Source: an uncultured bacterium
Lineage (GTDB): Bacteria > Omnitrophota > Omnitrophia > Omnitrophales > Aquincolibacteriaceae
Direction of reading: 5' to 3'
Length of the DNA stretch: 64,000 bases
Assembly (NCBI GenBank): GCA_964385615.1
Contig: CAYLPP010000001.1
Coordinates: 256,484-320,483, forward strand
Program-made: the position numbers and the translations under genes
Notes under the pieces: generated by a model
Told to the model about the DNA's origin: nothing
The model's input: the letters and a program-made list of their open reading frames with translations, nothing else
Database searches by the model: none
Part shown: piece after piece, positions 48,044 to 57,909 of the stretch
How positions within the stretch are numbered: the first letter of the stretch is position 1
How the letters are laid out: each line of letters begins with the position of its first letter

Positions 48044-49342
48044 TTACACCAAAAACTTTCTAGGGTCTGTGATTTTCCCCTCAACGGCCGAAGCCGCGAC
48101 CGTGTACGGCGAGGCCAGATAGACTGAAGACTGTTTTGAACCCATACGGCCCGGGAAATTCCGGTTCGTGGTGGAGATACAGACTTCCGCCTTGTTCAGA
48201 CGGCCGAAAGTGTCCGTGGGACCGCCCAGACACGCGGCACAAGAAGCGTCGCCCATCTTGGCGCCGGCTTCGATAAAAATCTGGCGAAGGCTTTTCCCGC
48301 CGATTTTTTCCGTGTCCAGCACGCGGCTGACTTCCGTCGTCGCGGGAACAATATAAAGATCCGTTTTCGCTTTACGGCCGTTCAAAATTTTAGCCGCGGC
48401 AATAAAGTCCGTGATCTTTCCGCCCGTGCAGGAACCCACGTACGCACGGTCAATGGCCGTGCCTTCAACTTCACGCACCAGGGCTTTGTTATCCGGTGAA
48501 TGCGGTTTTGCCACAACCGGTTCAAGGTCTTTAGTCTTGTAAACTTTCTCGACGAAATATTTCGCGTCGGAATCATTCTGCACCGCATTGAAGGGCATTT
48601 TGGTTTTAGATTTCACAAAATCAATCGTGACCTGGTCGGGCGCGATAATGCCGTTTTTGCCGCCGGCTTCAATGACCATATTGCAAAGCGTCATGCGCTC
48701 TTCAATATTTAAAGAAAACACACCATCGCCCGCGAATTCCATGGCGCGGTAAATGGCGCCGTCCACACCGATATCACCGATGATATGCAGAATCAAATCC
48801 TTGGCCATCAGGTAAGGCGGAAGAGGGCCGTCAAAAACGAACCGCATGGTGGGCGGAACCTTGACCCAGAGTTTTCCAGTCCCCAAGATAAAACCCGCGT
48901 CGGTATTACCAATGCCGGTGGCGAATTCGCCAAAAGCGCCGGCCGTGCAGGTGTGAGAATCCGTACCGAACAGCACTTCGCCCGGGCGCGTGTGGCCTTC
49001 TTCCGGAAGCGCGATATGACAAACCCCTTTATAGCGTTCGGAATTCACGTCATAAAAATGCGGGATATTCTGCTCTTTCACGAAATCACGAAGAATGTCC
49101 ACGTTGCGGTGGCATTTTTCGTCGGCCGTGAAAATATAATGATCCGGGATAATCACGACCTTGTTCCGGTCCCAGACTTTCGCCTGCTTGCCGAAGTGAT
49201 CCTTGAAAACGCCGATCGTGCCGGGACCGCACACGTCATGCGTCATGAGTACGTCAACATCAATCCAGATATTGTCGCCGGGTTTCACCGCGTTTTTTCC
49301 GGCGTGTTTGGCTAAAATTTTATCAGTAATCGTCATTCCCAT
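48044..49342 (-). CDS. leuC: 3-isopropylmalate dehydratase large subunit (short/archaeal-type)
   Basis: 432 aa aconitase catalytic domain with Fe-S cysteine ligands (…GSCTGG…). Confidence 0.9.
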   Translation of the reverse strand: MGMTITDKILAKHAGKNAVKPGDNIWIDVDVLMTHDVCGPGTIGVFKDHFGKQAKVWDRNKVVIIPDHYIFTADEKCHRNVDILRDFVKEQNIPHFYDVNSERYKGVCHIALPEEGHTRPGEVLFGTDSHTCTAGAFGEFATGIGNTDAGFILGTGKLWVKVPPTMRFVFDGPLPPYLMAKDLILHIIGDIGVDGAIYRAMEFAGDGVFSLNIEERMTLCNMVIEAGGKNGIIAPDQVTIDFVKSKTKMPFNAVQNDSDAKYFVEKVYKTKDLEPVVAKPHSPDNKALVREVEGTAIDRAYVGSCTGGKITDFIAAAKILNGRKAKTDLYIVPATTEVSRVLDTEKIGGKSLRQIFIEAGAKMGDASCAACLGGPTDTFGRLNKAEVCISTTNRNFPGRMGSKQSSVYLASPYTVAASAVEGKITDPRKFLV

Positions 49343-49368
49343 AAATTTCTCTTTTCCTTAGAATTTTT

Positions 49369-50157
49369 TCAGGACTTGATTAACTTCAGACCTTCCTGAG
49401 GGCTTGAAGCGGAAGCGTATTCTTTCACGGGCATCCGGCCCGCTAGGAATGCCTTACGGCCTGCTAGAACAGCGTCTCTCATGGCTTCAGCCATAAGGAC
49501 CGGATCTTTGGCTTCGGCAATCGCGGTATTCATCAGAATCCCGTCCGCGCCGAGCTCCATACAAACCGCGGCATCGGAAGCCGTGCCCACGCCCGCGTCG
49601 ACAATCACGGGGCATGAAACCGCTTCCATGACAAACTTTAAATTCAGCGGGTTTTGAATTCCCCGGCCTGAACCAATCGGCGAAGCCAACGGCATGACAC
49701 AGGCAGCGCCCGCGTCTTCCAGCTTTTTAGCCATGACCGGATCATCCGTCGTATAAGGCATGACGGTGAACCCTTCTTTTACCAGAACCTGCGTGGCTTC
49801 CAGCAGACCCACCACATCCGGCATGAGGGTTTTTTTATCCCCGATCACTTCAACTTTAACCAAGTCGCCGCAGCCGGCTTCGCGCGCGAGACGGGCAATG
49901 CGAATCGCGTCCTGCGCCGTGTAAGCCCCGGCCGTGTTGGGCAAAAGCGTGTACTTTTTGCGGTCGATAAAATCCAGAATGTTTTTCTGGGAACGGTCGG
50001 CAAGATTCACCCGTCCGATCGCGACCGTAATCATCTGTGAGCCGGAAATCTCAAGCGCTTCGGCCATCAGCTCAAGCGTCTTGTATTTGCCCGTGCCTAA
50101 AATCAGGCGTGAACTCAATTCATATTTTCCGATTTTTAAAGTTCCCAGGTCCGCCAT
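49369..50157 (-). CDS. thiG: thiazole synthase
   Basis: 262 aa; [20 protein letters not shown]-terminus and Schiff-base Lys region typical of ThiG. No thiS/thiE or TPP riboswitch is adjacent. Confidence 0.9.
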   Translation of the reverse strand: MADLGTLKIGKYELSSRLILGTGKYKTLELMAEALEISGSQMITVAIGRVNLADRSQKNILDFIDRKKYTLLPNTAGAYTAQDAIRIARLAREAGCGDLVKVEVIGDKKTLMPDVVGLLEATQVLVKEGFTVMPYTTDDPVMAKKLEDAGAACVMPLASPIGSGRGIQNPLNLKFVMEAVSCPVIVDAGVGTASDAAVCMELGADGILMNTAIAEAKDPVLMAEAMRDAVLAGRKAFLAGRMPVKEYASASSPQEGLKLIKS

Positions 50158-51618
50158 TTAAACCGACAAAGTCCTTTTTTTAGTCATTTCGTAAATTTTT
50201 TCATACTGCTTCGCGGAAGCACCCCACGAAAAATCACACGCCATCGCGTTTTCAATCAGCGTCATCCAGGCTTTGGAGTCCTTATAAACTCCCGCGGCCC
50301 TTTGAATCGTGTCCTTCAAAACTTCAGCCTTGTAATCTTTAAAGACAAACCCGTTTCCCTTACCGGTTTTCGGATCAAACTCAGTCACCGTATCCGCGAG
50401 ACCGCCCGTGTAGCGGACGACGGGTATCGTGCCGAACCTCAGGCCGATCATCTGCGCCAAACCGCAAGGCTCATAATAGGACGGAAGCAAAAGCATATCG
50501 CAGCCGGCGTAAATCTGTTTCGCCAGCTTGGCGTCAAAGGTCACCCGCACGCTGATCCGGCCCTTATTACGCTTGGCAAGATCGCGCAAAGCATGGTGGT
50601 ATTTCTCTTCCCCCGTGCCCAGCACGATAAACTGGTACCCGGAAGCGCCCAAAGCTTCCATGGCGGGAATCAGAATATCAATCCCCTTCTGCTCCACTAA
50701 GCGCGAAACCACTCCAAAAACCGGGGCCTTGGTGTCAACATTCAGCCCGTTCTCTTTCTGGAGACCGGTTTTGTTCGCGGCTTTCTTTTCGATTTTTTTA
50801 AAATCGTATTTTTCGTAAATATCCGAATCCGTCGCGGGATTCCAATCTTTCAGATCAATCCCGTTGAGAACCCCGTAAAGATTCTCACGCCGGCGCACCA
50901 AAACACCTTCCAGACCGGCGCCGAATTCCTTGCTTTGAATTTCCTGCGCGTAGCGTTCACTAACCGTCGTCACGCTGTCCGCGTCTAAAATTCCGCCCTT
51001 TAAAAAACTGAACTTGCCGTAAAACTCCAGGCGTTCCATGCGGAAATGCTCCCAACCCAGCCCCGTCATAGGCATGGAATCCGGGGGGAAATTCCCCTGG
51101 TAAGCCAAGTTGTGAATCGTAAAAATCGATTTGGTTTTAGCGAAAAACGGGTCATTCGCGTAAACCGTTTTCAGATAAACCGGAATCAAGCCGGTCTGCC
51201 AGTCGTGACAGTGAATCACATCCGGTTTAAACGGGATACGCTTCAGGCTCTCCAGAACCGCGCGCTGGAAAAACGTGAAGCGCCGGTCATTGTCCGGATA
51301 ATCGCCTGAAGCATTTCCGTAAAAGGAATCCCGCACGAAAAATTCAGGCTGATCAATAAAATAGACCGTGACGCCGTTTTTTGCCGTCAGGCCTAAAACC
51401 GTGCTTTTGATTTTTTCCGCGCCCAGCTGAATTTCAAGATTTTCAACGACCGTCTGGAGGCCTTTTTTGCCCGGATCAATATTTTTGTAGCGGGGCAGAA
51501 AAGCGATCACTTCATGGCCAAGCGCCTTGATCTCACCGGTCAAAGAACCGAGGACATCCGCCAAACCGCCTGTTTTTGCGAAAGGCTCCATTTCGGAAGC
51601 CGCGAACACAATTTTCAT
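50158..51618 (-). CDS. glgA: glycogen synthase (ADP-glucose type, GT5)
   Basis: 486 aa; N-terminal KIVFAASEMEPFAKTGGLADV motif diagnostic of GlgA. Confidence 0.9.
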   Translation of the reverse strand: MKIVFAASEMEPFAKTGGLADVLGSLTGEIKALGHEVIAFLPRYKNIDPGKKGLQTVVENLEIQLGAEKIKSTVLGLTAKNGVTVYFIDQPEFFVRDSFYGNASGDYPDNDRRFTFFQRAVLESLKRIPFKPDVIHCHDWQTGLIPVYLKTVYANDPFFAKTKSIFTIHNLAYQGNFPPDSMPMTGLGWEHFRMERLEFYGKFSFLKGGILDADSVTTVSERYAQEIQSKEFGAGLEGVLVRRRENLYGVLNGIDLKDWNPATDSDIYEKYDFKKIEKKAANKTGLQKENGLNVDTKAPVFGVVSRLVEQKGIDILIPAMEALGASGYQFIVLGTGEEKYHHALRDLAKRNKGRISVRVTFDAKLAKQIYAGCDMLLLPSYYEPCGLAQMIGLRFGTIPVVRYTGGLADTVTEFDPKTGKGNGFVFKDYKAEVLKDTIQRAAGVYKDSKAWMTLIENAMACDFSWGASAKQYEKIYEMTKKRTLSV

Positions 51619-51638
51619 AAGGGTTTTATTTCTTCAGG

Positions 51639-51899
51639 TTATTGAAGTTCAAGAATGCAATTCCAACTCCCGAAAGGGTTCGGAATGCACTCAACCGGCT
51701 TTTGATCGTTCTGCCAGGTCCCGTCCACGAGGAAACGGTATTCATAGCGGCCCGACGGCAGCGAAAGCTCTACCTTCCACTTACCGTTACGGTCTTTTTT
51801 GAGGGAGGTATGATCGGCCTGCCAGTTGTTAAAATTCCCGGCGAGCCCGACTTTCTCAGCTTGCGGTGCGTAAAACTCAAAAATCACTTTCTTTTTCAA
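51639..51899 (-). CDS. stand-alone CBM48 glycogen-binding domain protein
   Basis: 86 aa; FEFYAPQAEKVGLAGNFNNW…W…YEYRFLVDGTW matches the AMPK-beta/isoamylase N-terminal glycogen-binding module. TTG start with an AAGGAGG Shine-Dalgarno (SD) sequence 7 nt upstream. Confidence 0.7.
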   Translation of the reverse strand: MKKKVIFEFYAPQAEKVGLAGNFNNWQADHTSLKKDRNGKWKVELSLPSGRYEYRFLVDGTWQNDQKPVECIPNPFGSWNCILELQ

Positions 51900-51981
51900 G
51901 GGTATGCCTCCTTAAAACGGCAGCCCCTCGCGGGGAATGTCCTCGAAACGAACGAGCGTGAGTATATAACAGAAAAAACCC

Positions 51982-52010
51982 CTTGCCAAGACGGTTCTCT
52001 TTGCATAGAA
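51982..52010 (+). promoter_or_regulatory. sigma70 promoter of rpmB (TTGCCA-17 nt-TAGAAT), probably producing a leaderless transcript
   Basis: Near-consensus hexamers seen directly. The -10 ends about 8-9 nt before the rpmB ATG, with no SD. Confidence 0.45.
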
Positions 52011-52019
52011 TTCCCCGCT

Positions 52020-52292
52020 ATGCAACATTGTGCCGTTTGTGACAAAAAACCTATTGTAGGCCGCTCAATCGCCCGCCGCGGTTTGGCCAAGAAGTCAGGC
52101 GGTATCGGTAAGAAGATCACCGGTATCACGCGCCGCCGCTTCTTCCCGAACCTTCAGCGCGTCAAAGCCCGCTTCCCCAATGGAACCGTTCGCCGGATTA
52201 ACGTCTGTGCGTCCTGCCTCCAGGCCGGGAAAGTCGTCAAGGCCGTCTCTTACAAACTCCAGCGCAAGAAAGAAGCCTCCGCTTCAAAGTAG
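52020..52292 (+). CDS. rpmB: 50S ribosomal protein L28
   Basis: Taken from the internal Met of ORF 51642-52292: MQHCAVCDKKP…RRRFFPNLQRVKARFPNGTVRRINVCASCLQAGKV matches the bL28 core (RRxxxPNLQ…R…VC..CL..GKV). The ORF's upstream 126 codons are antisense to the CBM48 gene and not coding. The start coordinate is +/-1. Confidence 0.75.
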   Translation: MQHCAVCDKKPIVGRSIARRGLAKKSGGIGKKITGITRRRFFPNLQRVKARFPNGTVRRINVCASCLQAGKVVKAVSYKLQRKKEASASK

Positions 52293-52300
52293 TTTTTCCC

Positions 52301-53953
52301 CTAAACCGGGTTTGCCGCTTTGATTTCGAGCTGCATGTTTTCCATGCCGTTCCAGGCTTTCATCTTGACCGTGTAGGAGATGTCTAGGGTCATCCCCTTT
52401 TCAATCCAAAGGTATTCGTCCGCGTTGCGCCCTGAGATCAGGGCCTCGTAGATCGCCCCTTCCTGGGAGAGCCAGAATTTCAGCCCGTCGCCGAAACGTT
52501 CCGGCTTGGCTTTAACCAAAACTCCTGAAGTTTGAAAGACCGGCCGCGGATTGCCCATCCCGTGAGGCTCCAACATTTGCAGTTCATCCAGAAACAGCGT
52601 ATTAAAATCCGTGAATTTCATCGGCAGATCCACTTTCACTTTACGGACAAAATCCTCAGGCTGATAAAGCTCAAGGGCGTGCTGATTGATTTTAGCCCGG
52701 AAAGCCGCGAGATTTTCTTTAAGAATACTCAGGCCCGCGGCCTGCTCGTGCCCGCCGAACTGCACAAAAAGATCTTTGCAGGCGTCAAGCGCGTTAAAAA
52801 GATGAAACCCTTTAATCGACCGGCCGGAACCTTTTCCTTTCCCGTCCTGAAAAGCAATCACAACCGCCGGGCGGTTGTATTTATCTACCAGCCTCGAGGC
52901 CACAATACCGATTACTCCCTGATGCCAGCCTTCACGGCCCACGACAATGACCCGGTCGCGGTTGAAATTCATAACCCGCTCCGTTTCTTCAATCGCTTCT
53001 TTAATCATCTGGCGCTCTTCCTTCTGGCGCGTTTTATTTTCTTCTTCAACCACAGCCGCCAGGCTCTCCGCTTCCTTCGCGTTTTCCGTCATGAGAAGAC
53101 GGAGCGCGATTTCAGGCGAGCTCATCCGTCCGGCAGCATTAATTCTCGGCCCCAGCATAAAACCGACATGCCCGACATTCAGCGCCCGGGTTTTAATACC
53201 CGCGGATTGCGCCATCGCTTTCACGCCTTGGTTTTTCCGCTGAGCCAAAATTTCGAGACCCTTCTTGACGATAATCCGATTTTCAAGCTCAAGAGGGGCA
53301 ACATCACAAATCGTAGAGAGCGCGGCTAAATCGAGGAACTCATAGGCTTTATCCCCCAGAAGCGCCTGAGCTAGTTTAAACGCAAGACCGCCCGCGGAAA
53401 GCTCTTTGAATTCATAAGGACAGTCCTGCTGGCGCGGGTTTAAAACCGCGTTGGCATTCGGAACACCTTCTTCGGGAACCCGGTGGTGATCAATAATAAT
53501 GACGTCCATTCCAAGAGAACGGGCCGCCTTGATTTTTTCTCCGGCGGTAATGCCGCAATCCACGGTGATCAGCATTTTCATACCTTCACCATGCGCCGTA
53601 CGGATCGCGTTTTCACTGACGCCATAACCGTCCTCGACACGGTCCGGAAGAAAAATCCGGAAATCCGCGCCCAGAGCCGCCAATGTCCGGCCGACAATCG
53701 CGGCGCCGGTCACCCCGTCTACGTCATAATCGCCGTGAATTAGAATTTTGCTTTTCCGTTCCGCGCAGGAGCGGATCAGCTCCACGGCTTTTTTCATACC
53801 TTTCATGCGGAAAGGATCGCTCAAACTTTCAAGACCGGAAAAAAGAAAACTTTCGATATCCTGAGAAGAAAAAAGCCCCCTTTTCTCCAAAAGTCTGGAA
53901 AAAAGAGGGCTGAACGAAACCTTACCGGCAAAACCCGCGGCCGGCTGCTGCAT
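52301..53953 (-). CDS. recJ: single-stranded-DNA-specific exonuclease RecJ
   Basis: DHH (ILIHGDYDVDGVTG…DHH) and DHHA1 domains plus a C-terminal OB fold. The start is placed at MQQPAAG (ATG 53951-53953), which overlaps the secDF stop as TAATG; the ORF track extends it to 54091 inside secDF. Confidence 0.8.
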   Translation of the reverse strand: MQQPAAGFAGKVSFSPLFSRLLEKRGLFSSQDIESFLFSGLESLSDPFRMKGMKKAVELIRSCAERKSKILIHGDYDVDGVTGAAIVGRTLAALGADFRIFLPDRVEDGYGVSENAIRTAHGEGMKMLITVDCGITAGEKIKAARSLGMDVIIIDHHRVPEEGVPNANAVLNPRQQDCPYEFKELSAGGLAFKLAQALLGDKAYEFLDLAALSTICDVAPLELENRIIVKKGLEILAQRKNQGVKAMAQSAGIKTRALNVGHVGFMLGPRINAAGRMSSPEIALRLLMTENAKEAESLAAVVEEENKTRQKEERQMIKEAIEETERVMNFNRDRVIVVGREGWHQGVIGIVASRLVDKYNRPAVVIAFQDGKGKGSGRSIKGFHLFNALDACKDLFVQFGGHEQAAGLSILKENLAAFRAKINQHALELYQPEDFVRKVKVDLPMKFTDFNTLFLDELQMLEPHGMGNPRPVFQTSGVLVKAKPERFGDGLKFWLSQEGAIYEALISGRNADEYLWIEKGMTLDISYTVKMKAWNGMENMQLEIKAANPV

Positions 53954-56343
53954 TATTTTCTTTTGACTGCCATCTCCGGCTTTCCGGATTTGACCGGCAC
54001 GGCAGGCGCCGTGCGGCGGCCGCTCCAGTCCACCAGAAGCGCGGAAGCCACAAACACTGTGGAATAAATACCAATCGTGAAACCGATACAAAGCGTGAAC
54101 GCAAAATCATTAATACCGCTTCCGCCGAACAGAAACAGCGCAACCGCGCAGAAAAGCACGGTCAAGCTGGTCAGAATCGTACGCCCCAGCGTCTGGTTAA
54201 TCGAAAGCTCAACGATTTCGGAAAAACTTTTCTTACGGACTGTTTTCATGTTTTCCCGGACACGGTCAAACGTGATGATCGTATCGTTGATTGAATAACC
54301 CATGATCGTCAGAATCGCGGCCACGATCGGAAGGTTAATTTCACGCCCGCTAAGCGCGTAAACACCTGCGGTAAAAAGCGTGTCATGCAGAAGCGCGACC
54401 ACGGCGGCAAAAGCAAAGCGCATTTCGAACCGCACGGCCAGATAAATCAGGATTCCGATCACCGACCAGAAAACGGCCCACAGCGCTTTGGTTTTCAAAT
54501 CACCGCTCACGGAAGGCCCGACCTGATCGACCTTTAAAGTCTGATAAGAAGCATCTATTTCTTTCCCGGCTTTTTCAATTTTCTGGACACTGGATTCACG
54601 CGTCTTGACCAAAAACTGGGAAGCCGCGCCGGTCGTAGTCTGCCCCACAATCTGAATGGACGGCTCAACAATACCTTCTTTGGTCAGAGCCTTGCGCAAT
54701 TCAGATGTTTCAACGGGTTTCTGAAATTGCATTTGAATCATGGTGCCGCCGGTGAATTCGACGCCGAAATTCTCATGCCCGCGCAGGAAGAAACTGCCCA
54801 CGCCGACCACAAGCGTCAGCACCGAAAAGCCGTAAGCAAAAAACCGGCCTTTCAAGAAACGGATATTGGTGGTTCCGATCAAGTGGAGCATATTGAATTT
54901 AATATTCGGGTTGCGGGAAGCCAGAAAATCCAGCACCACGCGAGTCACCGTCAGTGAAGAAAACATACTGGCGATCAGACCGAAAGAAAGCGTCACGGCA
55001 AAACCTTTGATCGGTCCCGTGCCGAATAAAAACAAAAGCAGAGACGTGATCAGCGTCGTGATATTAGAGTCTAAAATCGCGGCAAAAGCCCGATGATAGC
55101 CGGCGGAAATCGCCGCGCGCGCGGTTTTCCCCGTTGAAATTTCTTCGCGCATACGTTCGTAAATCAGCACGTTCGCGTCAACCGCCATACCGATGGAAAG
55201 AATAAAACCTGCAATACCCGGCAAGGTCAGTGAAGAATGGAAAATAGCAAGAGACCCCATAACCATGATGACATAAACGATCAAACCGACGTTAGCCACC
55301 AATCCGCAGAGCATGTAATAAATAGGCATAAACAAAAACACCAGCCCGGCACCCAAAAGACCCGACTTCACGCCTTTTTCAATGGAGTCACGGCCGAGAG
55401 TCGGTCCCACGGTGCGCTCTTCAATGACATGAACCGGAGCCGGCAAAGCACCGGCGCGAAGCACGAGAGAAAGATCACTGGCTTCATCCGAAGTAAAACT
55501 GCCTGATATCTGGGCCTGACCATTCGGAATACGGTCACGAATGACCGGCGCGGAATGAACCCGGCCGTCCAGCACAATGGCCAGCTGTTTGCCGACATTT
55601 TGAAATGTCACACGGTCAAAAATTTTCGCGCCCTCAGTGTCAAACTGAAGCTGAACGATCGGCTGACCATACTGGTCAAAGCCAACGGAAGCGTTCGTCA
55701 GATGATCCCCGGAGAGAACGGATTCTTTGGAAAGAAGAAGTTTGGCACCGGCACCTTGATTCTTGACGCTGTCCACAAACTCATAGCCTTCCGGCATTTT
55801 GGCATTCGCAAGCTTGGAAGCGGCCAGTTTTGCCATAGACTCTGAGGTTGTTTCAACCGCCTTTGGAACCGCTTCGCCGGCCGTCGCAACAGCCGCCGGG
55901 GCTTCAACTTTTGGAACTTCAGGAACTGGCGGAGGGGGAAGAGCGGCTTTCGCGGCCGCATCCGCTTGAGCGATAACATCAGGATTATCCGCGACAAAAC
56001 GGAATTCCAAGTGCGCGGTTTTCCCGACAATTTCTTTCGCGCGGTCGCGGTCTGTTACGCCTGGAAGCTGAACCACTACCTGCTCTTTACCCTGCTTGGT
56101 GATCACAGGTTCACGCACGCCGAATTCGTCAATACGGTTACGGATAATTTCCACCACGCGGTCCGTCGCGTCCTGACGGTGCTCTGCCGGAACCTTGTCC
56201 AGATCAACCTGAAGCAGAAGCTGCATACCACCCTGCAAGTCGAGACCTAAATTGATTTTTTGATCAATAGGATGAACTTTCCAGATGGAAAAAACGACAA
56301 TTGCGATAATCAGCAGTACTTTCCATTTATAGTAACGGTCCAT
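53953..56343 (-). CDS. secDF: fused protein-export membrane protein SecDF
   Basis: 796 aa; SecD-like N-terminal half with a large periplasmic domain and SecF-like C-terminal half, 12 TM in total. Confidence 0.9.
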   Translation of the reverse strand: MDRYYKWKVLLIIAIVVFSIWKVHPIDQKINLGLDLQGGMQLLLQVDLDKVPAEHRQDATDRVVEIIRNRIDEFGVREPVITKQGKEQVVVQLPGVTDRDRAKEIVGKTAHLEFRFVADNPDVIAQADAAAKAALPPPPVPEVPKVEAPAAVATAGEAVPKAVETTSESMAKLAASKLANAKMPEGYEFVDSVKNQGAGAKLLLSKESVLSGDHLTNASVGFDQYGQPIVQLQFDTEGAKIFDRVTFQNVGKQLAIVLDGRVHSAPVIRDRIPNGQAQISGSFTSDEASDLSLVLRAGALPAPVHVIEERTVGPTLGRDSIEKGVKSGLLGAGLVFLFMPIYYMLCGLVANVGLIVYVIMVMGSLAIFHSSLTLPGIAGFILSIGMAVDANVLIYERMREEISTGKTARAAISAGYHRAFAAILDSNITTLITSLLLFLFGTGPIKGFAVTLSFGLIASMFSSLTVTRVVLDFLASRNPNIKFNMLHLIGTTNIRFLKGRFFAYGFSVLTLVVGVGSFFLRGHENFGVEFTGGTMIQMQFQKPVETSELRKALTKEGIVEPSIQIVGQTTTGAASQFLVKTRESSVQKIEKAGKEIDASYQTLKVDQVGPSVSGDLKTKALWAVFWSVIGILIYLAVRFEMRFAFAAVVALLHDTLFTAGVYALSGREINLPIVAAILTIMGYSINDTIITFDRVRENMKTVRKKSFSEIVELSINQTLGRTILTSLTVLFCAVALFLFGGSGINDFAFTLCIGFTIGIYSTVFVASALLVDWSGRRTAPAVPVKSGKPEMAVKRK

Positions 56344-56351
56344 GGCTCCCC

Positions 56352-56672
56352 TCAGGATTCCCGCAGGCCGGAAACGGCGCTTTTCAGGACTTCCATTTTA
56401 GTGTTGTCATTGTCACCCGTTTTAATCACAAGATAATCGTTCTGGATGCCTGTAACGGTTCCGATAATCCCGCCAATCGTCACCACCCGGTCGCCCTTTT
56501 TCAGGTTGGCGATGGTTTTCTGGACTTCCTGCTGTTTCTTCTGCTGGGGGCGGATCATAAAGAAGTAAAAAACCACCATAACCAGCGACATCATGACAAA
56601 GAAATGCATGGGGTTAGTGGTGCCTTCGGCGGTGCCGGCGGCAGGTGCTGCGTATGCTAATTTCTCAAACAT
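56352..56672 (-). CDS. yajC: preprotein translocase subunit YajC
   Basis: 106 aa; single TM then QQKKQQEVQKTIANLKKGDRVVTIGGIIGTV, the YajC signature. Conserved position upstream of secDF. Confidence 0.85.
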   Translation of the reverse strand: MFEKLAYAAPAAGTAEGTTNPMHFFVMMSLVMVVFYFFMIRPQQKKQQEVQKTIANLKKGDRVVTIGGIIGTVTGIQNDYLVIKTGDNDNTKMEVLKSAVSGLRES

Positions 56673-56751
56673 TGAAATCTCCCTTTTTGGAATGTTCCCC
56701 GCCGCAAGCTTGGCTTACTCAGGGGAACAGACGCTTTATTGCTGTGTACGA

Positions 56752-57894
56752 TTATCGGCTGTCTGGGTCAAATTGATTGACAAAATTTTTCTTAAATTCC
56801 CGGAAGGTTCCCGCCCGGATATGCTGGCGGATGCCCTTCACGAACTGCACGAAAAAGTAAATATTGTGGATCGAAATCAGCTGTCCGCCCAGCATTTCGC
56901 CGGCATTCATCAGGTGGCGGATATAACCCCGTGAAAAATTCCGGCAGCAGTAGCACTCACAGCCTTCTTCAATCGGTCTTTCGTCTTTCGTGTATTTCGA
57001 ATTACGCGCGATCACCATGCCGGTATGCGTAAACGCACCGCCGTTGCGCCCATAACGCGTCGGATTAACGCAGTCAAACATATCGGCACCGCGCTCGATC
57101 GACTCTACAAAATCCAAGGGCGTTCCGATACCCATCATGTAGCGCGGCTTGTCCTTGGGCATTTTCGGAATCACGGCATCAAAAATCGTGATCGTGTCCG
57201 GCTTGGCTTCCCCGACGCAAAGACCGCCGAGCGCGTAACCGTCAAAACCGATTTCCACCGTGCGTTCCAGCGATTCCAGCCTCAGGTCAGGAAAAAATCC
57301 GCCCTGCACAATTCCGAAAAGCGCCTGAGACTCCAGCTTGTGATGCTTTTTACATCTTGCGGCCCACCGCAGTGTCAGCTCCAGCGACTTGCGGATACGC
57401 TCCTTATCGGGAGTCGGCGGAGGGCATTCATCAAAAATCATCGCAATGTCACTGCCCAGAATTTCCTGGATTTCCATGACATTTTCGGGAGAGAGAAAAA
57501 CTTCCCGCCCGTCAAAATGAGAACGGAACCTGGCGCCCTCTTCGGTAATCTCCCTCATTTTGCTCAGGGAAAAAACCTGAAACCCCCCGCTATCCGTCAG
57601 GACAGGGCCGGGCCAACTCATGAAGCGGTGTATCCCGCCGAAGTGTTTGATTATATCAGTACCGGGTCTTATGTAAAGGTGGTAGGTATTGGAGAGAATG
57701 ATCTCAGAGCCTGCCTCCTTCAAGTCCCGGGGCGTCACGGCTTTAACCGTGCCCTGAGTGCCGACCGGCATGAAAACGGGGGTTTCAAAAACGCCGTGCG
57801 CCGTGCGGACTTTCCCCACGCGGGCGTGCGTATGCTTGTCCTCGTGAAGAACTTCAAACCCGAAAATCGCGGGATCCGCGCAATGACTTTTCAC
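56752..57894 (-). CDS. tgt: queuine tRNA-ribosyltransferase
   Basis: 380 aa; TIM-barrel Tgt with a C-terminal zinc site CxCxxC…H (CECYCC). Confidence 0.95.
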   Translation of the reverse strand: MKSHCADPAIFGFEVLHEDKHTHARVGKVRTAHGVFETPVFMPVGTQGTVKAVTPRDLKEAGSEIILSNTYHLYIRPGTDIIKHFGGIHRFMSWPGPVLTDSGGFQVFSLSKMREITEEGARFRSHFDGREVFLSPENVMEIQEILGSDIAMIFDECPPPTPDKERIRKSLELTLRWAARCKKHHKLESQALFGIVQGGFFPDLRLESLERTVEIGFDGYALGGLCVGEAKPDTITIFDAVIPKMPKDKPRYMMGIGTPLDFVESIERGADMFDCVNPTRYGRNGGAFTHTGMVIARNSKYTKDERPIEEGCECYCCRNFSRGYIRHLMNAGEMLGGQLISIHNIYFFVQFVKGIRQHIRAGTFREFKKNFVNQFDPDSR

Positions 57895-57909
57895 GAAATC
57901 ACCCTGGCA

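Noticed and set aside
51642-52019. Upstream 126 codons of the 216-aa ORF that contains rpmB
   Set aside because: This part is antisense to the well-supported CBM48 gene. An optimal promoter sits inside it, and the L28 homology begins only at the internal Met. It is not coding.
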